Of a stretch of 64,000 nt of DNA, positions 62,836 through 64,000 are shown piece after piece; position 1 is the stretch's first letter, and every line of letters starts with the position of its first letter. Under the pieces are notes generated by a model, which worked only from the letters and a program-made list of their open reading frames with translations, ran no database searches and was not told the origin of the DNA. The stretch comes from an uncultured Actinomycetes bacterium (lineage in GTDB: Bacteria > Actinomycetota > Actinomycetes > S36-B12 > CAIYMF01), in NCBI GenBank assembly GCA_903918645.1, contig CAIXFH010000020.1, forward strand, positions 6,294 through 70,293, read 5' to 3'. A program made the position numbers and the translations under genes.

Positions 62836-63399
62836 CTAGCCGACCGGATCGCTCGCGACTGCGTGTCCGTTCGCGTGCCGATAGGAATCGAGTGGGCTCA
62901 GGTATTGGGCAATCAATGTGGGCGCTATCCGGGTCAAAGTCAGCGCGACTGTGTTGTTCGCACCGGCTGTGAAACTCGTCGACGGCAGGTCGTCGCCGTG
63001 GGCTCGGGCGTACCCCAATGCTCGCTCATAGGCCGCTTCCGGCGAACCGGTGTCTCGGAGAGTGTCTCGGCCGATCTCAGCGGCGGCGACGGCTTGGTCG
63101 GTCGCGGCGATGTGGGTGGTGACTATGGAGATGGCATCGTGCCCGACCACTCCGACGATCAGTACGACGAGAGCAACCTTGGTGAGGCTGCTCAGGATGA
63201 ACACACCTGAATCGTTTGCCACGTTCGTTGTTGTAGCGATGTTTATCGCGTTTGCCAGGTCTGTCGTGTTTGCCAGGTGTGTCGTGTTTGCCGGGTGTCG
63301 CGCATGGCGCGCTGCTCGCGCTGGGCGCTTAGTCCCTCGCACAGGTGCCCAGGCCGTGTCGGCGTCGGTGTCGGTGTCAGCGTCGGCGGCGGCGTTCAT
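62836..63399 (-). CDS. Hypothetical protein, TadE/TadG (Flp pilus)-like
   Basis: Low-complexity N-terminus, then a prepilin-like G|VFILSSL hydrophobic helix, D...AA.AA motif and V.LTL. Start uncertain. Confidence 0.55.
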   Translation of the reverse strand: MNAAADADTDTDADTAWAPVRGTKRPARAARHARHPANTTHLANTTDLANAINIATTTNVANDSGVFILSSLTKVALVVLIVGVVGHDAISIVTTHIAATDQAVAAAEIGRDTLRDTGSPEAAYERALGYARAHGDDLPSTSFTAGANNTVALTLTRIAPTLIAQYLSPLDSYRHANGHAVASDPVG

Positions 63400-63523
63400 G
63401 GGGGGAGTTTCGGCAGGACGATTGGTGATCTTGAGGCAATCCGCAGCCAAGATCATGTGGGGCGATCGGGTCGGCCAGGCGCGCTGGTTTTGCTCCGTCG
63501 GTTTGCTCCGTCGGTTTGATCAG

Positions 63524-64000
63524 CTAGCGCTTGATCCGTCGCAGAAGGATGCTGATGACCTCGGTGACTTCGGTGATCCGCAGCAAACGGGCACTCAGAA
63601 GGTAGATGAGGGCCCCGATGATCCCGACCACGCTGATATCGATCAGTGCCCCGACCTTGGCTCCACCGGGTAGGTGATCCCGGATCAGATATTGCAACCC
63701 GGCCATGACTACAAGAGTTGCTAGACCGGCGACACTCATGCGAGCAAGGCTCCGCAGGGTCGACCCAGTGTTGAGGCCCCCGAGGGTGCGCGACAGAACG
63801 GTCCAGGCAACAACGAGCGTGATCCAGTACGAGATGACATATCCGATGGCCAACAGTGAGAGGTTGGCTGGGCCGGGCGAACGTGCAAAGAAATACTCGA
63901 AGAGGGGCACGGCAATCGCGAGGTTGAGGGCGTTGAGTATGACGGTTACCCAGAACGCTGTTCGTGTCTTTTCAAGTGCATACCAGCCGCGCAGGATCAC
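63524..64000 (-). CDS. murJ: Lipid II flippase MurJ/MviN, C-terminal part (5' truncated by window edge)
   Basis: LRGWYALEKTRTAF, multiple TM segments and RITEV end. Conserved position upstream of the pseudokinase and sigM. Confidence 0.88.
   Translation of the reverse strand: MILRGWYALEKTRTAFWVTVILNALNLAIAVPLFEYFFARSPGPANLSLLAIGYVISYWITLVVAWTVLSRTLGGLNTGSTLRSLARMSVAGLATLVVMAGLQYLIRDHLPGGAKVGALIDISVVGIIGALIYLLSARLLRITEVTEVISILLRRIKR

Overview
GC-rich actinobacterial chromosome segment spanning the replication origin. The right two-thirds is the conserved oriC neighbourhood: murJ (partial), a stand-alone MviN-type pseudokinase, sigM with its anti-sigma, trxB-trxA, cwlM, parB-parA-rsmG-jag-yidC-yidD-rnpA-rpmH, dnaA-oriC-dnaN-recF-dciA-gyrB-gyrA, tRNA-Ile/DLW-39/tRNA-Ala, ppiA, rhomboid, crgA, DUF881, sortase E, trpG/pabA, the fhaA-fhaB-pstP-rodA-pbpA-pknB operon and tRNA-Leu. 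The left third is mixed core and accessory: hydrolases, mobA-like/moeA, a K+ channel, quinone reductase, a SET-domain protein, bpa, serS, a c-di-AMP riboswitch with an NlpC/P60 gene, csoR-copZ-copA, pheA, a GDT1 exporter, DUF5926, glpQ, an FAD oxidoreductase, Fpg/Nei, an ABM protein, EamA and an orphan LivK-like binding protein. I found no integrase, transposase, prophage or CRISPR, and no clear novel multi-gene system. The most unusual signals are non-coding or very small. (i) A palindromic minisatellite forms a relay of GTGA-coupled mini-ORFs leading into the K+ channel start. (ii) A convergent intergenic region with a C-rich-loop hairpin may be an sRNA. (iii) A CsoR operator fills the spacer of a sigmaR/sigmaH-type promoter motif. 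(iv) A DnaA-box cluster lies about 11 kb from oriC, behind crgA. (v) A doubly coupled small ORF sits between rsmG and parA. (vi) A Tad-like gene lies between murJ and the pseudokinase. (vii) Many short tandem duplications echo gene ends. All product names come from motif recognition by eye, not database searches. Several start codons were moved from the ORF track using RBS, gene overlap or family N-termini.
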